64,000 nucleotides of DNA, from contig CAVNZM010000005.1 of the NCBI GenBank assembly GCA_963693365.1, positions 10,439,728 to 10,503,727 on the forward strand, written 5' to 3'. The notes below the pieces were generated by a model, which was not told the DNA's origin, did not search any database, and saw only the letters and a program-made list of their open reading frames with translations. This DNA is from Amoebidium appalachense. Lineage: Eukaryota > Protista > Ichthyosporea. Positions 16,026 through 26,931 of this stretch are shown in pieces; within the stretch, counting starts at the first letter, position 1; each line of letters opens with the position of its first letter. The translations under genes were made by a program, and so were the position numbers.

Positions 16026-18026
16026 CTATTCTACACGTGCTCTCTTGAACTTGGCCCGATTAGCCTCAATCTCTGCCTTGCGGGTTCCCTTCTTAAAGTT
16101 GGGGTCGTACTTGGGGCAAATTGGTGACCCCCCAAAGTGCCCCTTCTGCTTGCAGGAGTGGCATTCGAATTTGAGGGCCGGGCACGTCTTGCCTTCGGCG
16201 TGGCTGCCGTACTTGCACCCACGGTTGCAGGGGGTGGTGCCCATGCGCGAAAAAATAGACGGCTTCTCGCTGGCACCAGATCCACCACCGGGTTGCTGTT
16301 TTGTGGGGGGTTTCTGTGTTAGAATGGTGGATGGGGTTCGTGTGTGCCTGTCTCTTTCTTTTTCTGCGAGATAGGCAACAACTCCAGACAGGGTCAATTC
16401 TTCTTCTTTTCGTGTTTGTCTGAGTTGATATTTGCGAAATTCTTGTTCGTCTTCCCCACCCAATCGGTGAGACAAATCCAAAATTTGGTGTGCCTCAGAC
16501 TTAAGGGGGTACACACGTGCCCACAAACGCGCATGCCTGCTTGCAAATTCGGCCACCTTTTGCTTGCCTTGTTTGAGTGCATTTAATTCGGCACTGAGTG
16601 CCTCTTGCACACGCTGGTCGTGAAATTTCGTAACTAGTGCATGTGCAAATGCATCAAACGTGAGTTCTCCCTGTGTCCTGGTAAAATTCGTGTACCACAC
16701 ACGGGCGGGGGAAGCAAGAGGAAAGCACTGCACCGCCCAGCGAACAGCAAGTGTGGGGGGGACCCCTGCAATGCAAAACATCTGCTGGGAAAATTCGTGC
16801 AGCCATTCAATCACCGTGCATTTATCCTGCAAGTCACCCTTGTATTCTGGTAGTTTCAATGCAGCCAAGATGGGGCCGTATTCGGATGCATGCAACTGGC
16901 GGAGAGGGTGCAACCACAGTTTTTCGTGCTCTGCAAAGTGCTTGTTCAATATAGACCCAGCCTTACCTCCTGAGCCTGTGCTGACATCAGAGCCTCTCGG
17001 GCGACTTGGCGTGCCTGCCAGTCCACCTGCAGACGCCAGAGGGGATCCTGCAAGGGGGATTTCGTTAAATACGGGTGCTTTAGGCTGGTCGAAGTGATCT
17101 TCTTCATGCACTTTCGCAGTCATGTGTTCGTTTTCGTTTGTGGGTGTGTCTTCGTAACTTTGTTCGTGTTTTTCTTCATTTTCAGCATCAGAATCAGTGT
17201 AGCTGAGTGTGCGCGCAAGCACATCCTTATATGTAAATTTAGTGGGGGGTGCGGGAGGTGCAATTACCTTGGGATCAGTGCACCCAGATGGGACCGGGGA
17301 CAAAGGCTTCTTGCCTGTGGTGGGTGGGGGAGGACGGGGGGTGGTGGGCACCGTCGTATTTTTCACACGTGCCTCAGCCACCAACTGTGCTTCCCGCTCC
17401 AACTCAGACCATTTCGCGGACGTGCACAACATTCTAGACAGTGTGGTGTCTTCCATCTGCGAAATCTCACTGTAAATCTGCGCGACATCAGCTTCGAGGT
17501 CCATCACAGGCCGCCCAGCATCGATTGCAGTTTGAATGGCACGTCTCAGAGTTTCAATACGATAGAACTTGGAGAGAACACGGCCCCGCACCTCTGCCAG
17601 AGCTGTGGCAGTGTCCCGGTCTTGTTTCGTTTTTTCCTTCGTTGCTACTTGAAGTTCGTTCGTGTGTTTGTTGGTGTTCGTGTGTTCGTTGGTGTTCGTA
17701 TGTTCGTTGGTTTTCGTGTGTTCGTTGCGCTTCGTTTTGTCTTTGGGTTTCGTGCTTTCGTTGGGCTTCGTTTGTTCGTTGCCAGTGGGCTTCGTAGTTG
17801 CCTTTGTGTTCGTGTGTGTGTTGGGTTTTGTGATCGTGTTCGGTTTCTGGGGAGCACGAGGCTGTGTAGGGGGAGGGGTGGGGAGTGTTTTCGTGCCCTG
17901 CCCCGGAGTCTTGGCTTTCTTCTGCGTTGGGGGCGGCGGTTTGACTGCGGTAGGCTTCTTGGTGTCACGTGTCAGTTTGCTTTCATTGTCCGAGAGTACA
18001 GGGTAGTCGTCAAATTCGCCCGCCAT
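16026..18026 (-). CDS. gag: Gag, 666 aa, with Zn knuckle
   Basis: The ORF starts just after the PBS. It has a capsid-like region (ARVWY...LKQGKQKVAEF), CHSCKQKGHFGGSPIC, and NEHTNT-type repeats near the N-terminus. Confidence 0.92.
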   Translation of the reverse strand: MAGEFDDYPVLSDNESKLTRDTKKPTAVKPPPPTQKKAKTPGQGTKTLPTPPPTQPRAPQKPNTITKPNTHTNTKATTKPTGNEQTKPNESTKPKDKTKRNEHTKTNEHTNTNEHTNTNKHTNELQVATKEKTKQDRDTATALAEVRGRVLSKFYRIETLRRAIQTAIDAGRPVMDLEADVAQIYSEISQMEDTTLSRMLCTSAKWSELEREAQLVAEARVKNTTVPTTPRPPPPTTGKKPLSPVPSGCTDPKVIAPPAPPTKFTYKDVLARTLSYTDSDAENEEKHEQSYEDTPTNENEHMTAKVHEEDHFDQPKAPVFNEIPLAGSPLASAGGLAGTPSRPRGSDVSTGSGGKAGSILNKHFAEHEKLWLHPLRQLHASEYGPILAALKLPEYKGDLQDKCTVIEWLHEFSQQMFCIAGVPPTLAVRWAVQCFPLASPARVWYTNFTRTQGELTFDAFAHALVTKFHDQRVQEALSAELNALKQGKQKVAEFASRHARLWARVYPLKSEAHQILDLSHRLGGEDEQEFRKYQLRQTRKEEELTLSGVVAYLAEKERDRHTRTPSTILTQKPPTKQQPGGGSGASEKPSIFSRMGTTPCNRGCKYGSHAEGKTCPALKFECHSCKQKGHFGGSPICPKYDPNFKKGTRKAEIEANRAKFKRARVE

Positions 18027-18066
18027 GGTTGAAGAGATTCTTGAAAGATGTGAGATTCTGGAACTG

Positions 18067-18077
18067 CGCGGTCGCCA
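18067..18077 (-). promoter_or_regulatory. Primer binding site, probably tRNA-Arg
   Basis: TGGCGACCGCG lies one base inside the 5' LTR boundary and is complementary to a ...CGCGGUCGCCA 3' end typical of eukaryotic tRNA-Arg. Confidence 0.75.
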
Positions 18078-18078
18078 A

Positions 18079-18688
18079 TGTAAACAGTTGAACTAGTTGG
18101 GATAAGGCAGAGAACAACTGAATCAGAATAAAGACAGAGAACGGGTAGTAAGGCACACGCGGCCAGGTTACTATTTAATGTGCTCGTTCAGAGTGATCCC
18201 CCGTACTGGGACGGCTTGTTTATATAGCCCCCAGGTTCCGGATCATCTGGATGGGTGGCATTGATGCCTTCATGACTTCTGACCAGTCAGAAGAGTGCGG
18301 TCGTCTTTATGTGCACACAGTGCACCAATAACATGAAGCTAACTAAAAGGATAACTTTGTGGCAAATGATTGGTCAATACTTAAGCCCGTTTAGGTTTAT
18401 GCAACTGGGTCTGATTTCCTTATTGGTTCCGTTCGTTTAGCTATAGATGTCGCCTCCGTAGTGGATGAGACTTGCATTCCTATCCTAGCGGTTCTCGAAT
18501 TCTATTGGTTCATACTGACTGCACGGCCACTGCATATTGCCGGCGCCGCGGCTCAGTCGTGAGCCGCAGCCCGCGGCTGTCGCGTGTGATATTGATCTGA
18601 TCATATGTACACAATATCTACGTGATCACTATGATATGTACAGTATATTCGTAATAGTAAACATGTACGGCGTGTACAGATGTTTACA
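18079..18688 (-). repeat. 5' LTR (610 bp)
   Basis: By eye it differs from the 3' LTR by one 1-nt indel and one G/A substitution. Confidence 0.97.
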
Positions 18689-19644
18689 CAGGCCCCTCCG
18701 CTGCGCACGGCACTCTCCTGCAGCATGGCCATCTGCACCAGGCGGTCCTCGGGCGAGTAGCTGCCGGCCCCGTGCATGGCCGCCTCAAGCGTGGCGTTGG
18801 ACACCACCGCCACATCCTCATAGTCGGTGCCGTTGAGCCGTGCCCGCAGCTCCGCGCGCATGCCCTCCCACGTGGGGTCGTTGGTCATGGTCATGACGTT
18901 GCGGCTGTCGTACATGCACACCCGCGCCCCGGCCTCATGGGCCCTGCTGTGGATGGGGTCGGCCGAGGCAAAGCACTCGGGAGCCAGGGTGGCGTTCTGC
19001 GTGCCGATGAACTCCACCACCAGCGACTGGCCGGCCGTGTCGTGGAACTGCAGGTGGCCCCCCAGCCGGCCACCGCGGGAGGCAAAGATGTCCAGCTCGG
19101 GCAGGTGGCCCTCGGCAATCTGGTGGGTCTCAAACTCGCGGCGCACGCAGGCCACCGTGTCGCACACGGCCAGCATGTACCGCACCAGGCTGTACGAGCC
19201 CAGCACGGGCCGCGGGTCGGCCTGCAGCGGCTGCGGGTATGTGGTCGCGTCCAGCAGCAGCATGGCGGCAGACAGCCCGGCCTCGTTGAGGCCGTCCAGG
19301 GAAGCCGTGGGATTGCGCAAACCATCGAGGAAGACGTAGCCGTGCACGGTGCTGACGGCTGGCGTGCTGTTGCACCAGTCGCAGCCCTTGACCGGCACGA
19401 GCTGCGTAGGGGTGCCGCGGGGCACGACGTTGATGTAGCTGTTGAAGTCCGGGGCGCCCCAGTCCATGGTGCGGGCCGACACGTGGTAGTTCTGTGCCGT
19501 GGCGTAGCGCAGCTTGAGCTCGCTGCAGCCCAGCGTGCTGGGGGCCAGAAGAAGCAGAGTGGTGGCGGCCGTGGCTGCACACAGTCGCTGCATGGTGGCC
19601 ACAACTGATCGCGCAGTTGTGCATGTGTACTCTCCCTTGGCCAT

Positions 19645-20869
19645 GTTTGCGGTATAATATCAAAACAAAATCGCTTCCAAATCAAAAGTCAAAGCTCAAT
19701 GTTTTCTTTGCGTGCGGCTGCTTGATGACAAACTGACCGTGGATGGTGTGGCTGCTTGATTATATACTTCGAGGTCGTTGCATAGTTTCGAGATCCTAAC
19801 AAATGATTGGATGTAGTTGGGATTACTCCAAATATTTTCGGGTTCCGAGGCCTGGCCAATCAAATCTATCTGCCAGCTTTTCGGTACATTTCTGTGCATT
19901 TGGCCCGCTGCAGCGTTCGCGAACAAACATTTATCTTTCAACCAAAACAACAATGACAAAAACTTACGGGTTTTCTGTGGGTGCACGTGTACACATCCAG
20001 CGGCCAAAGAGGAGGTGGGGGTGGGGGAGGTAAAGTACTGGTGGTATTTTAGTGATTTAAATTTGGAGCACCGAGCTCGAGGGTGAACTACAACCATACG
20101 ATTAGAACTACACGTCAGGGAGGCGGGAGATGGGTGTCAGGGGCGCAAAGGGGGGGGGGGGGGGGGGGGGGGGAGGGAGGGGGGGGGGGGGGGGGGGGGG
20201 GGGCAGCCAAGTTTTCTGTAGCTTTTGTTTGAAGGGGCCGGAACAAGTGCTTCTCAGATGTGTACTAGTAGTCTCTCTCACTGTTTGGGGCCCAGCCTCA
20301 CTAAATTTTCAGAAAGACGTTGGCGGACCTTTGGGCATGCGAGTCCCCGTAAATAAAAGCATTGATCGCGGCAACGGCATAGTTTCTTGTATACAAGAAA
20401 ATATCCCATGATGGACAGAGTTGCTGGTGTAGTATTTCATAGGTGGATATAACCTTTATCACTTACAGCTGTGTCCGGCCTTTTTCTTTTGCCTTACATT
20501 GAATAAGCCATATAATTTGACGCCCTGTATAGAGTCCGCCAGACCGCCACTCGGAATCCGCAAGCATTGGTCGGTTTGTTTATCCAATCAAAACATTATA
20601 AAACTTTGGGAGTTTATCCTATTCAAGCCAATTACATGTTAGGATCTTGAAACAATGCAGAAACCTCCCACTGCCCACGGGGTATATAAAGAGCAATCGA
20701 GCTCAGATCCAGCCACACCAACCGTCAGCGTGACATACAATCAACTTTCCAGAGGCAACTAACTGTGGAGCCGATATAGCTCGATGATATATGTTGAGCA
20801 GCCTAACCGTTGAAAGAAAACATTAAGATTTTTGAATAATCCGGCCTTTTCTTATTTATTACCGCAAAC
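19645..20869. promoter_or_regulatory. Divergent promoter region of the inverted Ntn-hydrolase pair
   Basis: TATATAA at 19760-19766 (minus) and TATATAAA at 20683-20690 (plus). Each is preceded by CCAAT and a shared TGTTAGGATCT.GAAAC.ATGCA block, and both ATGs are preceded by TACCGCAAAC. Confidence 0.6.
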
Positions 20870-22142
20870 ATGGCCAAGGGAGAGTACACATGCACTGCGG
20901 GATCTGCTGTGGCCACCATGCAGCGACTGTGTGCAGCCACGGCCGCCACCACTCTGCTTCTTCTGGCCCCCAGCACGCTGGGCTGCAGCGAGCTCAAGCT
21001 GCGCTACGCCACGGCACAGAACTACCACGTGTCGGCCCGCACCATGGACTGGGGCGCCCCGGACTTCAACAGCTACATCAACGTCGTGCCCCGCGGCACC
21101 CCTACGCAGCTCGTGCCGGTCAAGGGCTGCGACTGGTGCAACAGCACGCCAGCCGTCAGCACCGTGCACGGCTACGTCTTCCTCGATGGTTTGCGCAATC
21201 CCACGGCTTCCCTGGACGGCCTCAACGAGGCCGGGCTGTCTGCCGCCATGCTGCTGCTGGACGCGACCACATACCCGCAGCCGCTGCAGGCCGACCCGCG
21301 GCCCGTGCTGGGCTCGTACAGCCTGGTGCGGTACATGCTGGCCGTGTGCGACACGGTGGCCTGCGTGCGCCGCGAGTTTGAGACCCACCAGATTGCCGAG
21401 GGCCACCTGCCCGAGCTGGACATCTTTGCCTCCCGCGGTGGCCGGCTGGGGGGCCACCTGCAGTTCCACGACACGGCCGGCCAGTCGCTGGTGGTGGAGT
21501 TCATCGGCACGCAGAACGCCACCCTGGCTCCCGAGTGCTTTGCCTCGGCCGACCCCATCCACAGCAGGGCCCATGAGGCCGGGGCGCGGGTGTGCATGTA
21601 CGACAGCCGCAACGTCATGACCATGACCAACGACCCCACGTGGGAGGGCATGCGCGCGGAGCTGCGGGCACGGCTCAACGGCACCGACTATGAGGATGTG
21701 GCGGTGGTGTCCAACGCCACGCTTGAGGCGGCCATGCACGGGGCCGGCAGCTACTCGCCCGAGGACCGCCTGGTGCAGATGGCCATGCTGCAGGAGAGTG
21801 CCGTGCGCAGCGGGGGGGGCCTGGGCCGGGGCACTGGGGCCCCACCTGCCGTCGTACGTGTCCAGCGACCCGGCAGTGGACCATGTGAGCGCGGCCACGG
21901 CCATGATTGGGCGCGTGTCGCTGGCTAAGGGCGCCGACGACTGGACCACGGCCTGGACCGTTGTGCGCGACCACAGCGCCCGGCGGCTGTACTTCTCCAC
22001 GCCGGCCGTGCGCAACCTGCAGATGGTCGACCTCACAAAGCTGCGCCTGCACGACGCCACCGCCCCACGCCTGGCCATCCCCATGGCCTTCCACACCGGC
22101 ACCCACTACAATGACGTCACACAGGCACTGTTTGCACAATAA
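20870..22142 (+). CDS. Secreted Ntn-hydrolase (penicillin V acylase/choloylglycine hydrolase family), copy B, about 423 aa after correcting a +1 G at 21812-21819
   Basis: Near-identical to copy A, intronless and GC-rich, with the predicted nucleophilic Cys directly after the leader (STLG|CSEL). It has eight Gs where copy A has GGAGGGG (7 nt). Confidence 0.88.
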
Positions 22143-22834
22143 CTCGCCTGTTTATCGCATATATTTAGGAGGCACTGCAACACGTACACGAACCTACGCG
22201 AAGCATCAAAAATTCTCCTACGTATGTGATGTCTTTGAAACAATGGTTAGTTGTATTTGCCCGTTCAAACAACTGAACTTATAAATGAAGTTAAATTTTG
22301 GAGTCCTGCTGTTGAAATTTCGTATTTGGTATACAACTCGTTGAATATATACCCTATATGCGACTATCTCGTTGCATTAAATATGGGAATTTCACAATAT
22401 ATCCATGCTTAGCCCTGCCTGGTGGCTAGATCTATCTAAATAAAATTCATTGTCGAAAAAAAGTGACCGGTTCGGTTCTCTCCAGGAATAATTCCCATAA
22501 TTTCACGAGTTGGTGTCCTACATGAAAATCTGGATGTAACTCATACAAACGGCTAGTATTCATCGTCTGTCTGGCATCAGTAAGTGATATTTGCAAGGAC
22601 CAGTCCCATTCTCCATAACCTAAACTGAAGGTGGCCAGCAGGCATAGGCTGGACCCATGGGCTCAGTGATTAACTTTGAACATAAAAGTCGTAAGTTTGT
22701 TGGCAACAGTAATACAATTCAGTATGAGCAAACCATTGAAGTCGATAAAAAAAACACACAGGAAAAGCTTACAGAATCATTTGGAATGATCCTACTCGGA
22801 GGCGGATGTGATTGAAGGAGGGAAAACAAACTCC

Positions 22835-22866
<32 letters not shown>

Positions 22867-22880
22867 TTTGTTTATTTAGT

Positions 22881-22933
<53 letters not shown>

Positions 22934-23196
22934 ATCCCCACCCCACCCCTCTCCCCACCCACTCACCCACCACCACCGTGGCCCCTTCTTGTTGCACGTG
23001 GGTTCCTCCCATCTGAACTACAATCAGCACGTATCTTCACCCAGGCCATTCAATATTCCTTTCACCAACTTTCCAGGTCGGCTATATATTATGCATCCAC
23101 AGTTACTGTAATGCCTTAAACAGCCTAGACCGTCTTGCTTTCTCCTTTTCATACTACTCAAGTCCTACATATGCCACCCACTGACAAAAGCTGAAG

Positions 23197-23242
<46 letters not shown>

Positions 23243-23938
23243 AGACCCAGACCCAGACCCAGACCCACACACATGCACACACACACACACACACCGGCAA
23301 ACGGAGCAAAAAGCAGGACACTGTGATATTTTTTATAGGCTCTTTGTTTGATTTTTGGGAAGGCTTTTTAAATGCTGTTTAACTACACAGTCGGTTGTTT
23401 TTCTATGGTGATGTACTTTTTCAAATACATAGTTGGCATTCCCGCGGTCGAAAGAGATTCGTGATTCATTCATACATGTTTCTGCAGGGGGCTTCAGGTT
23501 GAATACTATACTGATATGCTGACCTATGGGAATAGCAGTAAACATTACACTAGAACTTCACACACTGAGAACTAGAATCCGAACTTAGGCTAATGACATA
23601 CTATGTGACATCGATTTCCAAAAAAATAAAGCTTAGATGCACTCTGTATAATCAAAGTAACATGGTTACTATTATGCACAAAGCATAATCGGGGCATGCA
23701 CTTGTAGCTAACAAGCTATGTGCTCTGTTTATTCTGTTCACCCTACTAGCCTAATAGTATCAAAAGGTGTTTGCCTTTTCCTAATGCTATAAAAATATTA
23801 AACCTAAATATTATCCTTCTAAACTGAAACAGAAAGATGAGACTGGGGCAGTGTGGTACACCGTTATCACAGGAAATCCAAAGGTTGAGTGTCTTGATGT
23901 GGCCAGTGCGCTTGCATACGAGCACGTTGTGTGTGTAT

Positions 23939-23992
<54 letters not shown>

Positions 23993-24174
23993 GGAGGGGG
24001 GGAGGGGGGGGGGGAGGGGAGGGGGAGGAGGGGGGATTGGGAAGGGGGTCGAATGCGTTACAGAGCACAAAGTACGCAACCTACAACACAATGCATCACA
24101 GAATACGAGTAAACATTCACGACATACAACACACCTCATAATTTTCAACTTTTGCATGGGGGGATTTAAAACCA

Positions 24175-24513
24175 TCAAAACCCGCCCACCCCTGCCACGG
24201 CCCTGAGATGTTCATAGCTGACCCAAAACACAAACTGCCACGGTGCAAGTCGAAACCACGTCGGTAGGAATCCCTTCCACAGTGCTAGGAGCCCCTCTGT
24301 GGTGATGACGTGCACAAGGCAGCCTAGGGAGGTTCGGTACTCTGTGCGTGGGGAAGGGGGGGAGGGGGGGGGGGGGGGAGAGAGAGAGAGGGGGGGGGGG
24401 GGGGAGGGGGGAAGGGAGAGGGGAGGAGGGGTTAGAACGTGTTATAGAGTACGAAGTACACATTGATGACGGACAACACAAGGCAGTTAAGAGCACATAT
24501 AATAGGGGCGCGG

Positions 24514-24544
<31 letters not shown>

Positions 24545-24591
24545 GGGGGGGGGGGGGCGGTTAAGAGCACATATAATAGGGGCGCGGGTGT

Positions 24592-24636
<45 letters not shown>

Positions 24637-24801
24637 GGTGGGTATGCAGGTGGGTGTTGGTGGGGAGAAGGGGCAGGGAGAGATGGTGTCCGAGTGTTTC
24701 CATTCGCGCTCACCCGTGCGCGTGTGCATGTGTGTGTGTCAGGTCGGCAAGGGTGGGTGGGTGGGTGGGTGTGGGTGGCGGTGGTGGGGAAAGGGGGAGG
24801 A

Positions 24802-24837
<36 letters not shown>

Positions 24838-25297
24838 ACACGGGCACTCAGAGGGTGGGAGGTATTTGCACTCATCATGCGTGTTTTGACCACATCGGCA
24901 GGCGAAGAAACAACGGCAGCAACAAACCCAGAACAGCTGCTGGAGGCAACGTGGCAGTAGAGGTTGTCCTGGAAGTAACCTGCAGGTGTGATTGGCCGGT
25001 TAGAATCTGTAAAAATTTGAATGCACCTTAAAAGGTAGGTTTGCATGGGCAGTCGTATTGTTGAATGGACGAAGAAATGCCTGCGTGTGTGTGCGTGCAT
25101 CTGTGGTTTTCCTCAGAATCAGCTCCCCCCCCCCCCCCTTCCCCCCCTTCCCCCCTCCCCCCTGCCCACTGTCCCAATTAAATAATCATACGCGGGATCT
25201 ATTGTCGGTGTGAGTACTAAGATTAAAAATGTAAAACCGTGCAGGATGAAGCCCATGAAATGCATAAACACACATACTTAGTACCAAACCGGGGGAA

Positions 25298-25335
<38 letters not shown>

Positions 25336-25620
25336 GGAGATGGTTACATGTGGGGCCGAGGGTGGAGGGGGTGGGGGGAAGGGAGAGAGAAGGGGAAGGC
25401 GCGGTGCGAGAGGGAGAGAAAGAGAAGACAGCCAGGAGAGAATTGCAATTGCCAAAGAGAAGGGAGGAGGGGGGGTGAGAGCGTAGTCGAAAAACTGCTA
25501 TACAACACCAAGCATAGACATTGACAACGCCGAAGCAAAGCTACGCCGAAGCAAAACACACATGAACCATCACCCGGTAGATGGATGGATGGGTGGGTGG
25601 GTGATCGGGGGAGGGAGAGA

Positions 25621-25660
<40 letters not shown>

Positions 25661-25748
25661 AGTACATGAGTATGGTGGCACTACTGGAAGAGGGAGAAGG
25701 GTTGGGATAGGAACGGAGGAGGAAGAGGAGGAGGGAGGGGGGAGGGCG

Positions 25749-25781
<33 letters not shown>

Positions 25782-25992
25782 GTGACCTGTATTCAGCAAC
25801 GTTTTCTTCACAACATCATAAGTCGACAGCTCACCCAAATTTACCAATGCAGCCCTGCCAACATTGGGGCCACACCCTTTCCATAGACCCCGGACCCCCC
25901 CAACTTTCACAATTTTCGAGAATGCGTCCGTCATTCCACTGTAGCGCGGTGGGTGGCCCATGGCTACTTGTCTGCCGTCTGCCTGCATGCGC

Positions 25993-26039
<47 letters not shown>

Positions 26040-26638
26040 GTGTATGTGTGTGTGTCGGGGGGGGGGGGGGGGGGGGGGGTAACGTGTGTGTATGTGTGTG
26101 TGTTCGTGTGTGTGTGTGTGTGTGTATGTGTGTGTGTATGTGTGCGTGTGTGTGTACGTGTGTGTGTGTGCATCTTCGTGTGTGCGTGCACATGTGTGTT
26201 CGTGTGTGTGTGTGTGTGTGTGTGTGATTGGTGGTGGAGTGTGTTGGGAGAAAAGGGGAAGGGGAGGGGAAAGAATGGGAAGGAGATCGATAAAATCAGC
26301 CGTCTTGATTGTGTATGGGCCAGCCCTCGGGAGACGTAGAAAAAGGGGGGCTTCCTGGCAGGAAGGGGGAGGGGAGGGGGGGGGGATGGGGATGTATGCA
26401 TTAGAGAGTTGGAAATATGGAAGAGGCACCAAAGGACGTAATATAAAACATCACGAACCCCCCTTCCCCCCCTCCCCCTCCCTCCCCCCCCCCCCCCCCC
26501 CCCCCCCCGTCGCAATCGAACCATAAATGGAAGAAAGAAACAAACGTGCAGGCAGAAGACGCTTGAACAGAACCCCGAGGGGGGAGGGGGGATAGAGACA
26601 GAGTACTAAATACAAATCAACGACGGACAACAAAAAAG

Positions 26639-26678
<40 letters not shown>

Positions 26679-26883
26679 AAAAAAAGAAAAAGTAGTATGC
26701 ATCATACTTAATGCCCATGCTCAAGGGATCCCAAGTAATGCACACCGCTTCCCGACCACTACCAACTCAGACACTGCTTCACTCAAACATGGTAGGTTGG
26801 GTCACATGTCTTGATTAAAGAAGACAAGCAGGGATTCTTTCTTTCTTCCTTTCTTTCTTTCTTTTTTTCTTTTTCTTCTTTTG

Positions 26884-26931
<48 letters not shown>

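Larger units (their letters stand above)
10439..18688 (-). mobile_element. Full-length Ty3/Gypsy chromovirus LTR retrotransposon
   Basis: TG...CA LTRs at 10439-11047 and 18079-18688, TSD CAGGC at 10434-10438 and 18689-18693, PBS and PPT present, domain order gag-PR-RT-RH-IN-chromodomain. Confidence 0.97.
10112..19644 (-). pseudogene. Secreted Ntn-hydrolase (penicillin V acylase/choloylglycine hydrolase family), copy A, interrupted by an LTR retrotransposon
   Basis: The 5' part (19644-18689) and 3' part (10438-10112) rejoin in frame when the element and one TSD are removed. A hydrophobic leader is followed by CSEL...SARTMDW, DGLNEAGLS, MTNDPTW, SPEDRLV and TAWTVVRDH...LYF. Confidence 0.88.

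Noticed and set aside
18601-18688. C-terminal extension of the 347-aa ORF 18601-19644
   Set aside because: It is read-through into the LTR. The true 3' end of the gene lies at 10438-10112.
20852-22102. Long antisense and alternative-frame ORFs over the hydrolase genes
   Set aside because: They are shadow ORFs expected from high third-position GC.
22400-23550. Possible exons here, and at about 3530-3650, 5160-5290, 6530-6640 and 44420-44490
   Set aside because: I could not assemble a consistent frame or recognise a domain, so they are not supportable without RNA-seq.
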